Source: Eledone cirrhosa (lineage: Eukaryota). From it: a stretch of 64,000 nucleotides of DNA. Made by a program: the position numbers and the translations under genes. Under the pieces are notes generated by a model. The model was given only the letters and a program-made list of their open reading frames with translations. It searched no databases and had not been told where the DNA came from. Positions 27,521 through 43,374 of this stretch are shown in pieces (the stretch's first letter is position 1; every line of letters begins with the position of its first letter). The stretch covers positions 241,738,001-241,802,000 of the forward strand of contig OZ024743.1 of NCBI GenBank assembly GCA_964016885.1, written 5' to 3'.

Positions 27521-27972
27521 TACGCGATCACATAATTAGATAGATAGATAGATAGATAGATAGACACACAATATGATCAGTAGACAAATGGATTGATTAG
27601 TCGATTAATTGATAAACAGATCGATGATCGACCTAATTATTTGATTAAATGTCAGACGTTGTAACATCAATATCCTAATCAAAATGCTATAATGTTTTAT
27701 AGAAAGTGTGTTTGTCCCCTTTCTCTTGCTCCTGTTCACCTATGACATTTGTTCTTTCGTCAAATATAATTAAGAGTCTTAGTTCGAGCTACACAATAAA
27801 CTGCAAGGTACACAATACTATCTACTCCGAATTTTTACAGGTTATACATAGATCAATCAGCAGAGAATAATCTAAACAAATATACTAAAAGTTAAAGAGC
27901 GCCTAGATAAACGATGTGATTCAGTTTTGATACATAAGCAAACTTAAGACATTGCATTCAATGTTACTAGGT

Positions 27973-28290
27973 GACAACCGAGGATTATCCGGCCGCTTCC
28001 TCGTCGCACCGGTCGCCGTCGAGACCTCGTGCATAATCGGACCCCGTACTGCCGAACACCTCCGCAGAATCGGATCGTCGGCAGCCGTCTAAGGAAGAAG
28101 CCCCGCGAGGTGGGGTGACTGTTGCAGTGGGTGACTCTGGCCAATGTCCGTGGAAATGCTTTGGTGGTCTTGTCCGCGTGGGGAAGCCCCAACACGGCCG
28201 CGCCCTAGGCTATGAGCCTATCAGCCTCCTCCTTCCCTCTCTCATTCTTCTGTGACCCTAGACCCCTTGCCTTTCCCTTCCATTTCCGTT
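27973..28290 (+). mobile_element. CRE-type (restriction-like endonuclease) LINE 3' end, not in the ORF track
   Basis: Manual translation from 27973: RGLSGRFLVAPVAVETSCIIGPRTAEHLRRIG ... LLQWVTLANVRGNALVVL, paralleling the element at 56.9-57.6 kb. Confidence 0.8.
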
Positions 28291-28548
28291 TTTTTAATCT
28301 TAGTAAAGTTATTATGAATTTATAGAAGAGCCGAAAAATTAGTTTACATTTGTGTTTATATTTTTATTCTGTAGGAATAGTATAAACAATTTGTAATGTT
28401 ATTTGTACAACTGTGGATTCTGTAAACTATTTAAATTAACATTTAGATCTTGGAACGTTAAAACTCATATTAACCAGCCGAACGGCACGCAACTGGAACG
28501 ACAGACAGTAGTCTAGGGAATTGATCCACTTCACCACATTGTAGCCTA

Positions 28549-28935
28549 TAATTGTTTCTACTTTTGGCACAAGACCAGCAATTACCCCAGTGTATTACTG
28601 CTGCTTTATTTTATCGACCCCGTAAGGATGAAAGGCAAAGTTAACCTCGGCGGGACTTGAATTCAGACTTAGGCACAAGGCCAACTATTTCGAGAGAAGG
28701 GAAAGTCGATTAGATCGACTCTAATATGTGATTAGTACTTTATTTTATCGACCAAATTAGGATGAAAGGCAAAGCTAACGTCGGCGGGATTTGAACTCAG
28801 AACGTAAAGAGCCGTAACTCTATACCACTAAGCAGAGTGTCCGACGCTCTAGCGATACTGCGAATCCACCGACCTAGCAACACAACTAATAGTAAAGCAC
28901 GATGTCTGAGGCTCTACCGATATAGCCAATCCACC
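28549..28935 (-). mobile_element. SINE copies (two to three, nested or adjacent)
   Basis: Tail aattgtttctacttttggcacaag, core ttatcgacc..taaggatgaaaggc twice, head aatccacc twice. Confidence 0.85.
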
Positions 28936-31168
28936 ATGATAGTAAGACGTGACAAATCGATGAAGGGTAACTGATTGACTGATTGAATATGGCGTCAGAT
29001 ATATCTCATTTGTAAAGGGATAAAACCAACAAATTTTCGGAGCTCATATGAAGCTAGTTTTGAGATAACAATACTCTGTTAGTTTTGAAAGATTGATGAA
29101 TCTCCACTTCAACTTGTTGGTTTTATTATATACGACATTCATCAATGGCTGTTTATAAACACTTGATGTACACACAGAAGTTAAAGAAGAATTTTACACA
29201 AACTTCCAGGCACATATAAACCACACTATAGCACTATAGCATTAATATAGAAGTATCCTAAAAACACTATTTCTCTAAATCAACCCTGACAAACATTATC
29301 TGCAATATTAAGCCTCATTAGTACAAAACATTATACTGGTGCACACACTAACAACAATATGTAGAGAGAAAAAACGTGTTTAACTTGTGGACACCACCAA
29401 AGTGGAATCCTTTACATAATCACTTGTTTTGCTGGAAATAGCAGCTAAATTTGACTTAGAAGGACAATGTCGTAATGTAGACATAAGATGGACGCTTACT
29501 TAAAATATTATCGCTCACACAGACCGCCACGAGTTTTTTCTTATTTATGTTTTGTTTGTGTATTTCAATACAGTTCTGCTTTATTCTCTGAAGAAAAAAT
29601 ACAAAAAAAAATACAACGCATAAAAAAACCAATGTAGGAGATGTCGTTAATTCCTTCAACTCTTTAATTCTGATTTCCATTTCTCCATGAAAATTTTCTT
29701 TCTTGTTATGTTATATATTTTTCCTCCGGTAAACACTAAACTTCTTTATTTCCAGATCGATAATCGATATAAAAACATTGCAACTATTATAACTGTTTTT
29801 GCGGTGATTCGTGAACGTACCTGTTCGCTACAGAAAATAACCACTTTCTTCGGATGAAAATAAAATTAAGACTCATGGATGTCTATATATATTTTACTCG
29901 ATTGAAAATAATATCAGGTGGTTGAGAAAACAATGAAATCTGAATTTCTCTTAACGTTGTTGTCGCCATCGTTGCCGTAGTCGTAGTTGTTGATGTTGTA
30001 GTTGTTGTTGAGCTTCATGTAAGTCGTCATCCAGCAGATCTATTATCAAATGCCTTCTAGCCAACATCTCGTTATTAGTTTCGTTTGTCTTTTTAGCCAG
30101 AGTATATTGAATTGCCAGAATCGTTAGAACGTAGAAGAAAATGCTTTATGGTGTTTGTTCCGACTCTCTGTACTGAGTTCAAATTCTGTTGAGGTTAAGT
30201 GGGTTTTTCATCATTTTAGAGTCGATAAAATATAGTGCGTGTCCGTTGATGTGAATATTAGAGTATCGATTGAGATGCTTTACAATATTTCTTGCATCTC
30301 TTTGCGTTCTAAAGTCTCGTGTAGTATACTTAATCCGTCCACCCTGTCATTGGGAGCCTTTAGTGGAGTTCACATTTTGCTCCGGGACATTTTCAGCCAC
30401 GCCTAGATAATAGCTTTAACTAGTAGACTAAACTTAGTGAGGAACTGGACGCTTGGACTGGAGATAGACATGCCATCCTTTCTAAAGTCCATTGAAATTC
30501 CATGATAGACACAGTCAAACGTCTAGAGATGTTCATCAGGCTGCACCAGTTACTTGATCGACTGATTGATGGTGTTGCACGTGTTATTCCAGGACTTTCT
30601 TTCTTCCTCCCATCAGTCTTGGAGGCTCAAGAAAAGAGGCTCCCAACCTTTTTTGTATCATCATCCACTTTCACATGGAAATATTTTCCACCGCCCACCT
30701 GTATAGTAAATATTGAAAAGGATACCAAATATGTTTTGCTACTAGTTCGTTATTCCCTTTTACTTCCTGTTCTTTTTTTTTGTGTTTTGTTTTTTTTAAC
30801 ACCGGTTCTTTGCATATATCCTTTAAATATTTTTTTGCAGGTAACATAAGTTGAAATACCTTTTTAATATTCAAAATTCTATATCGTCCACCAAAATTCC
30901 TATTCGCCCACCATTTTCTGTTCAGTTGCTCATCGCTCACCCCAACAGTTGAAATCTCCGACCAGTGGGCGATATCACCCAGGTTGGAAAACCCTGCTCT
31001 AGAACAAGCAAGAATTGCTGCCATCATTCCTTCACTGACTAAATGGCAAAAAACAGACAATATTTTGACTTTTATAAGACTGTAAGGTGGGATTTGGGTG
31101 GAATTAGGATTATTTCTCTTTCATACAGAAATTCTTTCTTTGGCCTGTTAAAACATGCTTTTTATACA

Positions 31169-31465
31169 GGGGTCACGTGACCGAATGGTTAAGAGGCTCA
31201 TTTCTCAATCATGAGATCCCACGTTCGATCCTACAGTGTGGCTTCTTGGGCAATAGTTAATCACTATAATCTCTGATCGATTCATCGATCCATGGAGTGT
31301 ACGCAAAATTCAAAGGGCCACCTTTATCGTAAATTGTGCGACGCTGAATCTCCGTGAGAATTATGATAAGGGTGCACGTGTCTGTGGAATGCTTAGTCAC
31401 TTACATATGAGTTTCACAAACTGGCTGTTCCATAGACCGAACGACTGGAACACTCCTCGTCGAAA
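31169..31465 (+). mobile_element. Second tRNA-derived SINE family (CORE-like), diverged
   Basis: A-box-like tgaccgaatggttaaga, B-box-like gttcgatcc, ttgggcaa core-like motif and (aac)n tail. A fragment also occurs near 1135-1178. Confidence 0.6.
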
Positions 31466-31544
31466 CAACAACACCAATAGCAACAACAAGAAGACCAAAC
31501 ACACCACTATCAGAAACAACACACCTGCCCTAATAAAAAGAATA

Positions 31545-32328
31545 ACACCACCGCCAGCAGCAGCAGCAGCAACAGCAATGGTAGCAGCAACAGAATAGCA
31601 CCACCGCCTGCAGCAGCAGCAGCAACAGCAATGGTAGCAGCAACAGAATAGCACCACCGCCAGCAGCAGCAGCAGCAACAGCAATGGTAGCAGCAACAGA
31701 ATAGCACCACCGCCAGCAGCAGCAGCAGCAACAGCAATGGTAGCAGCAACAGAATAGCACCACCGCCAGCAGCAGCAGCAGCAGCAACAGCAATGGTAGC
31801 AGCAACAGAATAGCACCACCGCCAGCAGCAGCAGCAACAGCAATGGTAGCAGCAACAGAATAGCACCACCGCCAGCAGCAGTAGCAGCAACAGCAATGGT
31901 AGCAGCAACAGAATAGCACCACCGCCAGCAGCAGCAGCAGCAACAGCAATGGTAGCAGCAACAGAATAGCACCACCGCCAGCAGCAGCAGCAGCAGCAGC
32001 AATGGTTGCAGCAACAGAATAGCACCACCGCCGGCAGCAGCAACAGCAATGGTAGCAGCAACAGAATAGCACCACCGCCAGCAGCAGCAGCAACAGCAAT
32101 GGTAGCAGCAACAGAATAGCACCACCGCCAGCAGCAGCAGCAACAGCAATGGTAGCAGCAACAGAATAGCACCACCGCCAGCAGCAGCAGCAGCAGCAGC
32201 AGCAATGGTAGCAGCAACAGAATAGCACCACCGCCAGCAGCAGCAACAGCAATGGTAGCAGCAACAGAATAGCACCACCGCCAGCAGCAGCAGCAACAGC
32301 AATGGTAGCAGCAACAGAATAGCACCAC

Positions 32329-32359
<31 letters not shown>

Positions 32360-33203
32360 AATGGTAGCAGCAACAGAATAGCACCACCGCCAGCAGCAGC
32401 AGCAACAGCAGTAATGGTAGCAGCAACAGAATAGCACCACCGCCAGCAGCAGCAGCAACAGCAGCAATGGTAGCAGCAACAGAATAGCACCACCGCCAGC
32501 AGCAGCAACAGCAATGGTAGCAGCAACAGAATAGCACCACCGCCAGCAGCAGCAGCAACAGCAGCAATGGTAGCAGCAACAGAATAGCACCACCGCCAGC
32601 AGCAGCAACAGCAATGGTAGCAGCAACAGAATAGCACCACCGCCTGCAGCAGCAGCAACAGCAATGGTAGCAGCAACAGAATAGCACCACCGCCAGCAGC
32701 AGCAGCAGCAGCAGCAATGTTAGCAGCAACAGAATATCACCACCGCCAGCAGCAGCAGCAGCAGCAGCAATGTTAGCAGCAACAGAATATCACCACCGCC
32801 AGCAGCAGCAGCAGCAGCAGCAATGGTTGCAGCAACAGAATAGCACCACCGCCAGCAGCAGTAGCAGCAACAGCAATGGTAGCAGCAACAGAATAGCACC
32901 ACCGCCAGCAGCAGCAGAAGCAGCAACAGCAATGGTAGCAGCAACAGAATAGCACCACCGCCACCAGCAGCAGCAACAGCAATGGTAGCAGCAACAGAAT
33001 AGCACCACCGCCAGCAGCAGCAGCAACAGCAATGGTAGCAGCAACAGAATAGCACCACCGCCAGCAGCAGCAGCAACAGCAATGGTAGCAGCAACAGAAT
33101 AGCACCACCGCAAGCAGCAGCAGCAGCAACAGCAATGGTAGCAGCAACAGAATAGCACCACCGCCAGCAGCAGCAGCAACAGCAATGGTAGCAGCAACAG
33201 AAT
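31545..33203. repeat. Minisatellite: agaatagcaccaccgc-(cag)n-caacagcaatggtagcagcaac
   Basis: Roughly 30 units with a fixed frame and a variable CAG tract. The long ORFs here are repeat artefacts. Confidence 0.97.
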
Positions 33204-33236
33204 CACAATTGTAGTAATAAGACATACAAGTACATT

Positions 33237-33870
33237 CAGTGTTGGTTAGTTATGACATGTCTTACCATCAACACCAACAACACAGTGTTGGTTAGTTATG
33301 ACATGTCTTACCATCAACACCAACAACACAGTGTTGGTTAGTTATGACATGTCTTACCATCAACACCAACAACACAGTGTTGGTTAGTTATGACATGTCT
33401 TACCATCAACACCAACAACACAGTGTTGGTTAGTTATGACATGTCTTACCATCAACACCAACAACACAGTGTTGGTTAGTTATGACATGTCTTACCATCA
33501 ACACCAACAACACAGTGTTGGTTAGTTATGACATGTCTTACCATCAACACCAACAACACAGTGTTGGTTAGTTATGACATGTCTTACCATCAACACCAAC
33601 AACACAGTGTTGGTTAGTTATGACATGTCTTACCATCAACACCAACAACACAGTGTTGGTTAGTTATGACATGTCTTACCATCAACACCAACAACACAGT
33701 GTTGGTTAGTTATGGCATGTCTTACCATCAACACCAACAACACAGTGTTGGTTAGTTATGACATGTCTTACCATCAACACCAACAACACAGTGTTGGTTA
33801 GTTATGACATGTCTTACCATCAACACCAACAACACAGTGTTGGTTAGTTATGACATGTCTTACCATCAAC
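33237..33870. repeat. 46-bp near-perfect tandem repeat (about 13.8 units)
   Basis: Unit cagtgttggttagttatgacatgtcttaccatcaacaccaacaaca, with a single visible variant near 33715. Confidence 0.98.
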
Positions 33871-33978
33871 ATATATACACTGCCTCTATATGTACATGTA
33901 GAAGCAGTGTATATTACTGTAAGTATGCTTGTATATATGTATGTGGGTTTGTATGTATGTGTGTATGTATGTGTAAAT

Positions 33979-34335
33979 GTATGTATGTATAGATGTATAT
34001 ATGCATGTTTATATGTATGTCAGAATGTATGTGTATATGTATAATCAGGTATGTATGTATAGATGTATATATGCATGTTTATATGTATGTAAGAATGTAT
34101 GTGGATATGTATAATCAGGTATGTATGTATAGATGTATATATGCATGTTTATATGTATGTCAGAATGTATGTGTATATGTATAATCAGGTATGTATGTAT
34201 AGATGTATATATGCATGTTTATATGTATGTAAGAATGTATGTGTATATGTATAATCAGGTATGTATGTATAGATGTATATATGCATGTTTATATGTATGT
34301 AAGAATGTATGTTTATATGTATAATCAGGTATGTA
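33979..34335. repeat. 70-bp tandem repeat (about 5 units) derived from (TATG)n
   Basis: (c/a)agaatgtat recurs at 34021, 34091, 34161, 34231 and 34301. Confidence 0.93.
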
Positions 34336-34940
34336 TATAAGTATGTATGTGTATAAGAATGTATGTGTATACGTATATGCAGGTATGTGTATGTGTATAT
34401 GCAGGTATGTACGTATGTATGTATGTATATGCAGGTATGTATATAAGTGTGTTTGTGTATATGCATATGCAGGTATGTATATAATTATGTATGTGTATAT
34501 GCAGGTATGTACGTACGTATGTATGTATGTGTGTATGTATGTATGTTTATGTGTCTCTCTGTGTACGTGTATGTGCCTATTTGTGTATGTGTTTGTGTGC
34601 GTGTGTGTGTGTTACATTGCTTCCACTGTTTCTCAGTTTCCGGTTGATTGATGGTGGTTGTTGAGTATGAGAATTGTGGGCAGTAGTCGGAGGAGGATGA
34701 CGTGAACCGAAAGGGGGTGAGATGGGTGAAGAAGAAGAAGAAGAAGAAGAAGAAGAAGAAGAAGAAGAAGAAGAAGAAGAAGAAGAAGAAGAAGAAGAAG
34801 AAGAAGAAGAAGAAGAAACCAGTGTAAAACCTAAGCAAAAGTGGTATTGTACAATATTGTGTAGTATGATGTAGTGTAATGCACTGTGGCTTAGATTGGT
34901 GCTGTACCTGCTTGTGTATATATATGTCTATGTGCGTGTC

Positions 34941-34999
<59 letters not shown>

Positions 35000-36689
35000 T
35001 TGTGTATGTGTGCACATGTGTGTGCGTATGTGTGTGTAAGTTTGTGCCTTTGTATGTGTGTGTGCTTGTGTGCATGTATCTGTGTGTATATGTTTGTGTG
35101 TAATTTTGTGTGTGTGTATTGTAGGAGGTTGGGGTGATGCGACAGACTATGAGGAGGTTTTATAAAAGTCGTATACGTATATATTATTGCTTGACGCACG
35201 CAATGCTTTGCAACGTAAGTAAGCTTAGCTGGCTTTTACGTTGACCCAGAGACCTTGTCGTAAATATTGGGGAAGATTATGGGTTGCCATTGAGAAGGAT
35301 TTTGGCAGCAGACTAAACCGGGAACAACTATAAACAATATATAACTATAGATGTCAAATGTCTTACTCTCAACCACCAGCCAACAGCGGCCATGAACCAT
35401 GTATCATATTCTCTTTATTGTTTTTTTTTTCTTTTTTCTTCAATAATCTTGTTTTTCTTGCGTGTTTTCACTGCACTACCAAGCATCCAGTGCTTTTATT
35501 ATTGTTTTCTGATATATAGTGTGCTTTCTATATAATATATAGTGTAGTGTGTAGTAGTTCTGTTTTCTATATATTGTGTATCTGTATATATCCTGAGATT
35601 TCGGTTATGTATTTCTCTACACATTTTGAATCATTCTCAATGGATCTATTATTATAGGGAATTATACATAAAGAATATTAAATTAATATTAAAGTTATGA
35701 TTTAAGATAATGATAATTAATGATTCAATTGAGTGAACGATGTAATAACTATACTGATGTAACAGTGTAATTATTATAATGTTATTAATTATTGGGAATT
35801 GAGGCGTAATAAAATAATTTCATCTTCCTTCTCATCTAACCAGGTGATAAACTACTTCAACAAAATTATGTGGTGTGATTGTACAAATATATGTCAGTGT
35901 AATTACTGTGCCTTTAGAACCGCGAAAGTTCCATGGATCCAGCTTGATATTATTATGGCAGCGATTAGGGCGGGGGATTTGCTGTAGCAGTAGTGCCTCG
36001 GACAAAATACTTTGCAATATTTAATTATGACTTTCCCGCTTAGATCAACTTCGCCTTTCTTCCTTCTGGGTCGATAAAATAATGTGCCAGTTAAGTCGAT
36101 ATAATCGATTTTTCCGTTTCCTGAAATTGCCAATATTAGAAAGAAAGAATTATTAAGTCAGTGGGCAACAATATCTGCAAAAGCTCGAATCAAAATTCTT
36201 GACAATGTTTAGTTACGTCCCTTTATACAAGAGTTAGCTTTAACCTCATTTGCTCCAGTGCTCGACAACATAAGTTTCCCAGTAATATACTGAGTTAATT
36301 CAGTTGAAATGGTTATTTCAACGCATCTTCCTCGTTATCATCCGCGTTAACGCTTTTTCAATTCTGTTCACTGGGATCATGAGAGGTTGCTTCCACTTAG
36401 GGCTCCGCTTGTCGGAGACTGTTCTCCTACATTGTCCAGGCAGTATCACTGGTAGTGGTATAGATCGCTGATTTTTATTCTCACACACACATTTAACAGA
36501 TCAAAGTAATTCATCAAAATCAATGAGATTGCAGCTGTATTTCCTACTATTTAAAACAGACTATGTCGAGTCTTCTCTCCAACAGAGTTAGCGACGTTGT
36601 GACTGCGTTAGAATTATTTAGTATTATCATCGTCACCACAATAGTCCATATCACCATTACCAACATCCCAATCGTCATCATTATCACCA

Positions 36690-36767
36690 ACATACCCCAT
36701 TACCATCAGCATCATCATTGTCATCATCATCATCACCATTTTCGTCATCATCATCATCATCACCACC

Positions 36768-36813
<46 letters not shown>

Positions 36814-36964
36814 CCACCACCACCAACGCCCTCATCACCATTATCATCATCATCACCATGTTCGTAATCATCATCATCATCCTCATCACCATTATCAACA
36901 TCATCAGTCATCATCATCATCATCATCATCATCATTATCACCACTATCATCACCATTTTCGTCG

Positions 36965-36998
<34 letters not shown>

Positions 36999-37000
36999 TC

Positions 37001-37031
<31 letters not shown>

Positions 37032-37202
37032 CACCAACATCGTCCTCATCACCATCTTCATCATCATCAACATCACCAACACCTCATCACCAACATCCTG
37101 ATAACCAACATCATCATCATCATCATCACCACCATCATCATCATCATCATCAACATCACCAACACCCTCATCACCAACATCCTGATAACCAATATCATCA
37201 TC

Positions 37203-37234
<32 letters not shown>

Positions 37235-37240
37235 CATCAA
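36690..37240. repeat. (CAT)n/(CAC)n low-complexity tract
   Basis: Degenerate trinucleotide repeat. Pure (GAA)n runs lie nearby at 34728-34817 and 37427-37548. Confidence 0.95.
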
Positions 37241-37917
37241 ATGTGTAGCAATTAATATTGATATGGTTGTTGTTATTTCTATGTTTATTGTTCCTTGGAG
37301 CAACATTTCACCTGGATGATATATAAACACTACTGATGGTTTATAATGTAGATAGAAGGCCACCACTTTAGAGGGGAGGGGAATTTAGATTATAAGACCA
37401 CGATTTTTGATTGGTAACTTATCTGATAGAAGAAGAAGAAGAAGAAGAAGAAGAAGAAGAAGAAGAAGAAGAAGAAGAAGAAGAAGAAGAAGAAGAAGAA
37501 GAAGAAGAAGAAGAAGAAGAAGAAGAAGAAGAAGAAGAAGAAGAAGAACCTCAACCATATTTGACGATAAAATGTTTCTGGCAGTTCGGACGTGACAGAT
37601 GATGACGTGGTAGAATAATTCTAGAGCTCATTAATACAGGTCTAATAAAAAATAGTCAGCTTTCACGAGTGTAAAAGACGATTTCTCCAATGAAGAAACT
37701 TATTTAAATTTTGTTGAACGGCTCCCGCTTGGTGGACTAAAGAATTAGTAAATGTCTTCACTCAACTGTATCATTTCATTTCATCATATAAAACTGTGTG
37801 TAACTTTGAACTTTCATTTCAATTCAATGATATGGATATAATTGTTCATGAAAGTCTGCTGATGCGATGTAACTATCAAGTTCATATTCATAAACATACA
37901 TACTTACACACAAACAG

Positions 37918-38041
<124 letters not shown>

Positions 38042-38179
38042 TTTCTGTATATTTCCAACATCCTAATATTTCATGTTTTCTCTTTTTTTTTTCAATTCAG
38101 GCAACAATAATGGCATCGTAGCATGGTAACATGTAACATGTTCTACACAATGTATAGAGTGGTTCTTTCTTTAGTTTGA

Positions 38180-40089
<1,910 letters not shown>

Positions 40090-41078
40090 GATACCAAAGC
40101 TACACGAGACAACTCACTGTTGTAGACAAGGAATCTCCTACACAACAGTACGAGATTATATCAGTCTGATGTGGGGACTATGGGCCAGATATCCCTTGCC
40201 AACCTCAACATGCGATCTCATTAGGACACCTTTCACAGCATCAGACGAACCACATATTTATTCTCTGTAGCCAGATGTGACTTTCCATCTCAGCAACGTC
40301 TAACAATTTCTTCGTAATGTATTTCCTTTTTTTTTTAGCTGCTAGTCCATATATAGGTCAACTCCATATATAGAAATGATTGAAAAGCCGTCAACAATGC
40401 AAACTGGAAATAAAGGTAAGTAAATGAAAGAAAAACAGAGGAATTAAATTTCCCCTCATATATTTCCAAAATGTCCACTATAAAATGTTCTACATTTGTA
40501 TAGAGGTAAGTGAAACGTCGTGAAATTTCCAGCGTTGCAGGTTTACTGGTTTGTGCACATTTGTGGTTTTGTATTACCCAGTTAGTATCAATTTTTTTGT
40601 TAACTGTCAAAAAATGTTTAAACTGTCGGGTTATATTTGTTGAGGATTCAGTAAATTGTATCATGATCCGTATGACATCCCAACCAGCCGATCAATTGTT
40701 CACTGCATTTACTGCAGCAACACTAACAAGAAGTGCCTGCATGGGCAGTCTTTCACGGCTTCCATCTCGTCAACTAATACGATTCTGATACCACTTTCTG
40801 AAAAATATGCTTTTCCATATTTTGACGCACGTGTATACAAGCGTAGAAAATAAAGTGTTAATCTTAGCATCTGGTGGTGTTGAGACGCTATGTGCAGTTA
40901 GGGATGTACTGGGCTTCATCAACCTGATATCTCAGGTGGCGCGGCTTGTAATGTGTCAGTTCTGCTGAAACATGGCTTCTGTTAGAACAAGCTGTTCAAC
41001 TATTGCATGCAGACACACACAAACACAAGCACATACATGTATATTATATATGAACAAGTATATACATACATATATATA

Positions 41079-41147
<69 letters not shown>

Positions 41148-41151
<4 letters not shown>

Positions 41152-41333
41152 AAGTATGACCCCGACGGCAGAGTTTAAGCCATTTCGACGGCTATTTCTG
41201 TCCAGAAATAGCCATCGAAACGGCTTGAGCTCTGCCGTCGGGTTCATACTTTTTCCTATTTCCCACTCTACTACCCTAATTATTGAATACTCTGGTGCGT
41301 TATGGTCCATCATGTTCCTTACCACAATTCCTT

Positions 41334-41335
<2 letters not shown>
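41148..41335 (+). mobile_element. Short repeat (probable PLE pseudo-LTR end) with 5' fold-back
   Basis: 41148-41200 pairs with 41203-41255. The remainder is homologous to the reverse complement of 27097-27232. Confidence 0.7.
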
Positions 41336-41380
<45 letters not shown>

Positions 41381-41444
41381 CATTCATACATAGATACACA
41401 CAGCACAAATGCATGCACAATATCATAAACTAATGTATACAGAA

Positions 41445-41509
<65 letters not shown>

Positions 41510-41648
41510 GTAAGAGGTGGGTCAGAGAGAGAGGGAAGGAAAGAGAGATACAAACACATCTACATTTACATGCATTCAGATATGTATGTATACACATATG
41601 TTTGTGTGTGTGTGCATACATATATGTATATACACACACACATATATG

Positions 41649-41689
<41 letters not shown>

Positions 41690-42235
41690 CGAGATAGACG
41701 GAGAGATGTATATATATATCTGTGTGTGTGTGTGTGTGTTTATGTATCTGTATGTATATATGTATACATGTATACATGTATACATCTTCAAAACTCAGCT
41801 CTACAACTTAGATTCTCCAGTATTTCTCAATCGATTTATGTATTTATTGATTTACCCCCTTCTCTAAGACTTTATAAATGACCTGCTCTGATCAATGGCT
41901 ACATTTATAAACTTCTTCTTCCTCGTCCACTTCATTTTTGCTTCTTCTGTTCCCAATCCCCTCCTCCTACTACTTTCTTTTCATCGTCTTCCTCGTTTCT
42001 TTTTCTTCTTTTCACTATTTTCAGTCATGAGACAGCGGCCTTGCTGGAGCACTGTTATGAAGGAGATTTATTCCATTACAACAATACAAATTCTTCCTCT
42101 GGCACTTCTATCATTCTCGTAAAACAGGAAAATGTAAACTGGACAGACAACTGAATCGGATAACTGGAATGGACAGAAATACCGCAGAATGTTCCAGTTG
42201 AAATGGTCTCCTTCTCATACGCTTGTACACACACA

Positions 42236-42329
<94 letters not shown>

Positions 42330-42341
42330 CTTACAATACTA

Positions 42342-42400
<59 letters not shown>

Positions 42401-42481
42401 CGTCTCTGTGTGTGTGTATATATATATATATAGAGAGAGAAGAAGTTTATGAAATGGAAATGCGGGTATACAGAATTTATT

Positions 42482-42598
42482 AGGTAACAATTGTTTCTAT
42501 AGTGTATGGGTTACCTATACCTCGCTATTTGAATAATATAAAAATATTATCATAAACCGAAGGTACACTGTAAGCAAACACACCATGTCGTCAGACCT
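42482..42598 (-). ncRNA. Type I hammerhead ribozyme motif (inverted pseudo-LTR copy)
   Basis: Reverse complement of 43773-43889. Confidence 0.75.
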
Positions 42599-42978
42599 TT
42601 GTATTGGAATGATATGAAAATATTTTATACACTAGATAAAAGAGAAAGAAGGAGGTAGGAAGAGAAGGGGAAGAGGGAAGTGAGTAAGGTGGAGGGAGTC
42701 TTAGGATTTAAGACTGTCAGATTAGTAGAGATTGTAAGGAGAGAATGTTTTGGCAGCAGTTAGCTTAATGAGGTGTGTTAGGGTTGGCGGGAAAAGTAAA
42801 TTCTTCTAGTGGTGTTGTTCGGACAAAATTTAGTTAAAGGGGTCACAGACAAGTTATTGGGGCTATTATAGTAGCAGGTTATTTCTGAAGGGGTCCAGAA
42901 AACAGTGTTTAGTACTATTATTATAGAAAGCCATATCCAAAGCAAAACATAAAAATAATTGTAACTGAACAATTGTAA

Positions 42979-43374
42979 CTGAATAACCAGTGCCTAGCAC
43001 GCAATATTGTCTACCGATGTACAATAAATTCCGGAACCAACAAATGGTATTACGTCGGATGTACCGCAACTTCTTTCAAGGCTCGCCTATACCAACATCG
43101 ATCTTCAATCAGGCACGAGAAAATGCGCTCCGTAACAACCCTCGCCGATAAAGCCTGGCAGCTCCGGAGGAACAATCAAGCATTCTCCCTTGATTGGCAA
43201 ATTATTGCAGCTGCGCCTGCATATAAGCAAAATCATCGATTCTGCAAGTTATGCAATTTGGAGATATACTGCATTTTAACGTCGGTAAACAAACTTTTGA
43301 ACAGCAAAATTGAACGTTCTCTATACTGTAACCACCGTTTGAAAACGACTTTTTCTTTTTTTAAATGCATATAA
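42979..43374 (+). pseudogene. PLE GIY-YIG endonuclease domain (probably Naiad-like)
   Basis: In-frame extension of ORF 43123: LNNQCLARNIVYRCTINSGTNKWYYVGCTATSFKARLYQHRSS...W.L...CKLCNLE...LLNSKIE...CNH. Confidence 0.88.

Noticed and set aside
30320-31080. Overlapping 115 and 129 aa ORFs
   Set aside because: No recognisable domain, and the ORFs run through low-complexity A/T tracts.
31397-33225. Long ORFs of 388-409 aa (poly-L/C/A)
   Set aside because: Open in all three minus frames because of the CAG minisatellite, so not a protein signal.
33237-33870. CRISPR-like regular repeat with dyad symmetry
   Set aside because: Units are contiguous and identical with no unique spacers, no cas genes are present, and the context is eukaryotic.
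36563-37366. His-, Ser- and Met-rich ORFs
   Set aside because: (CAT)n low-complexity DNA with no splice or domain evidence.
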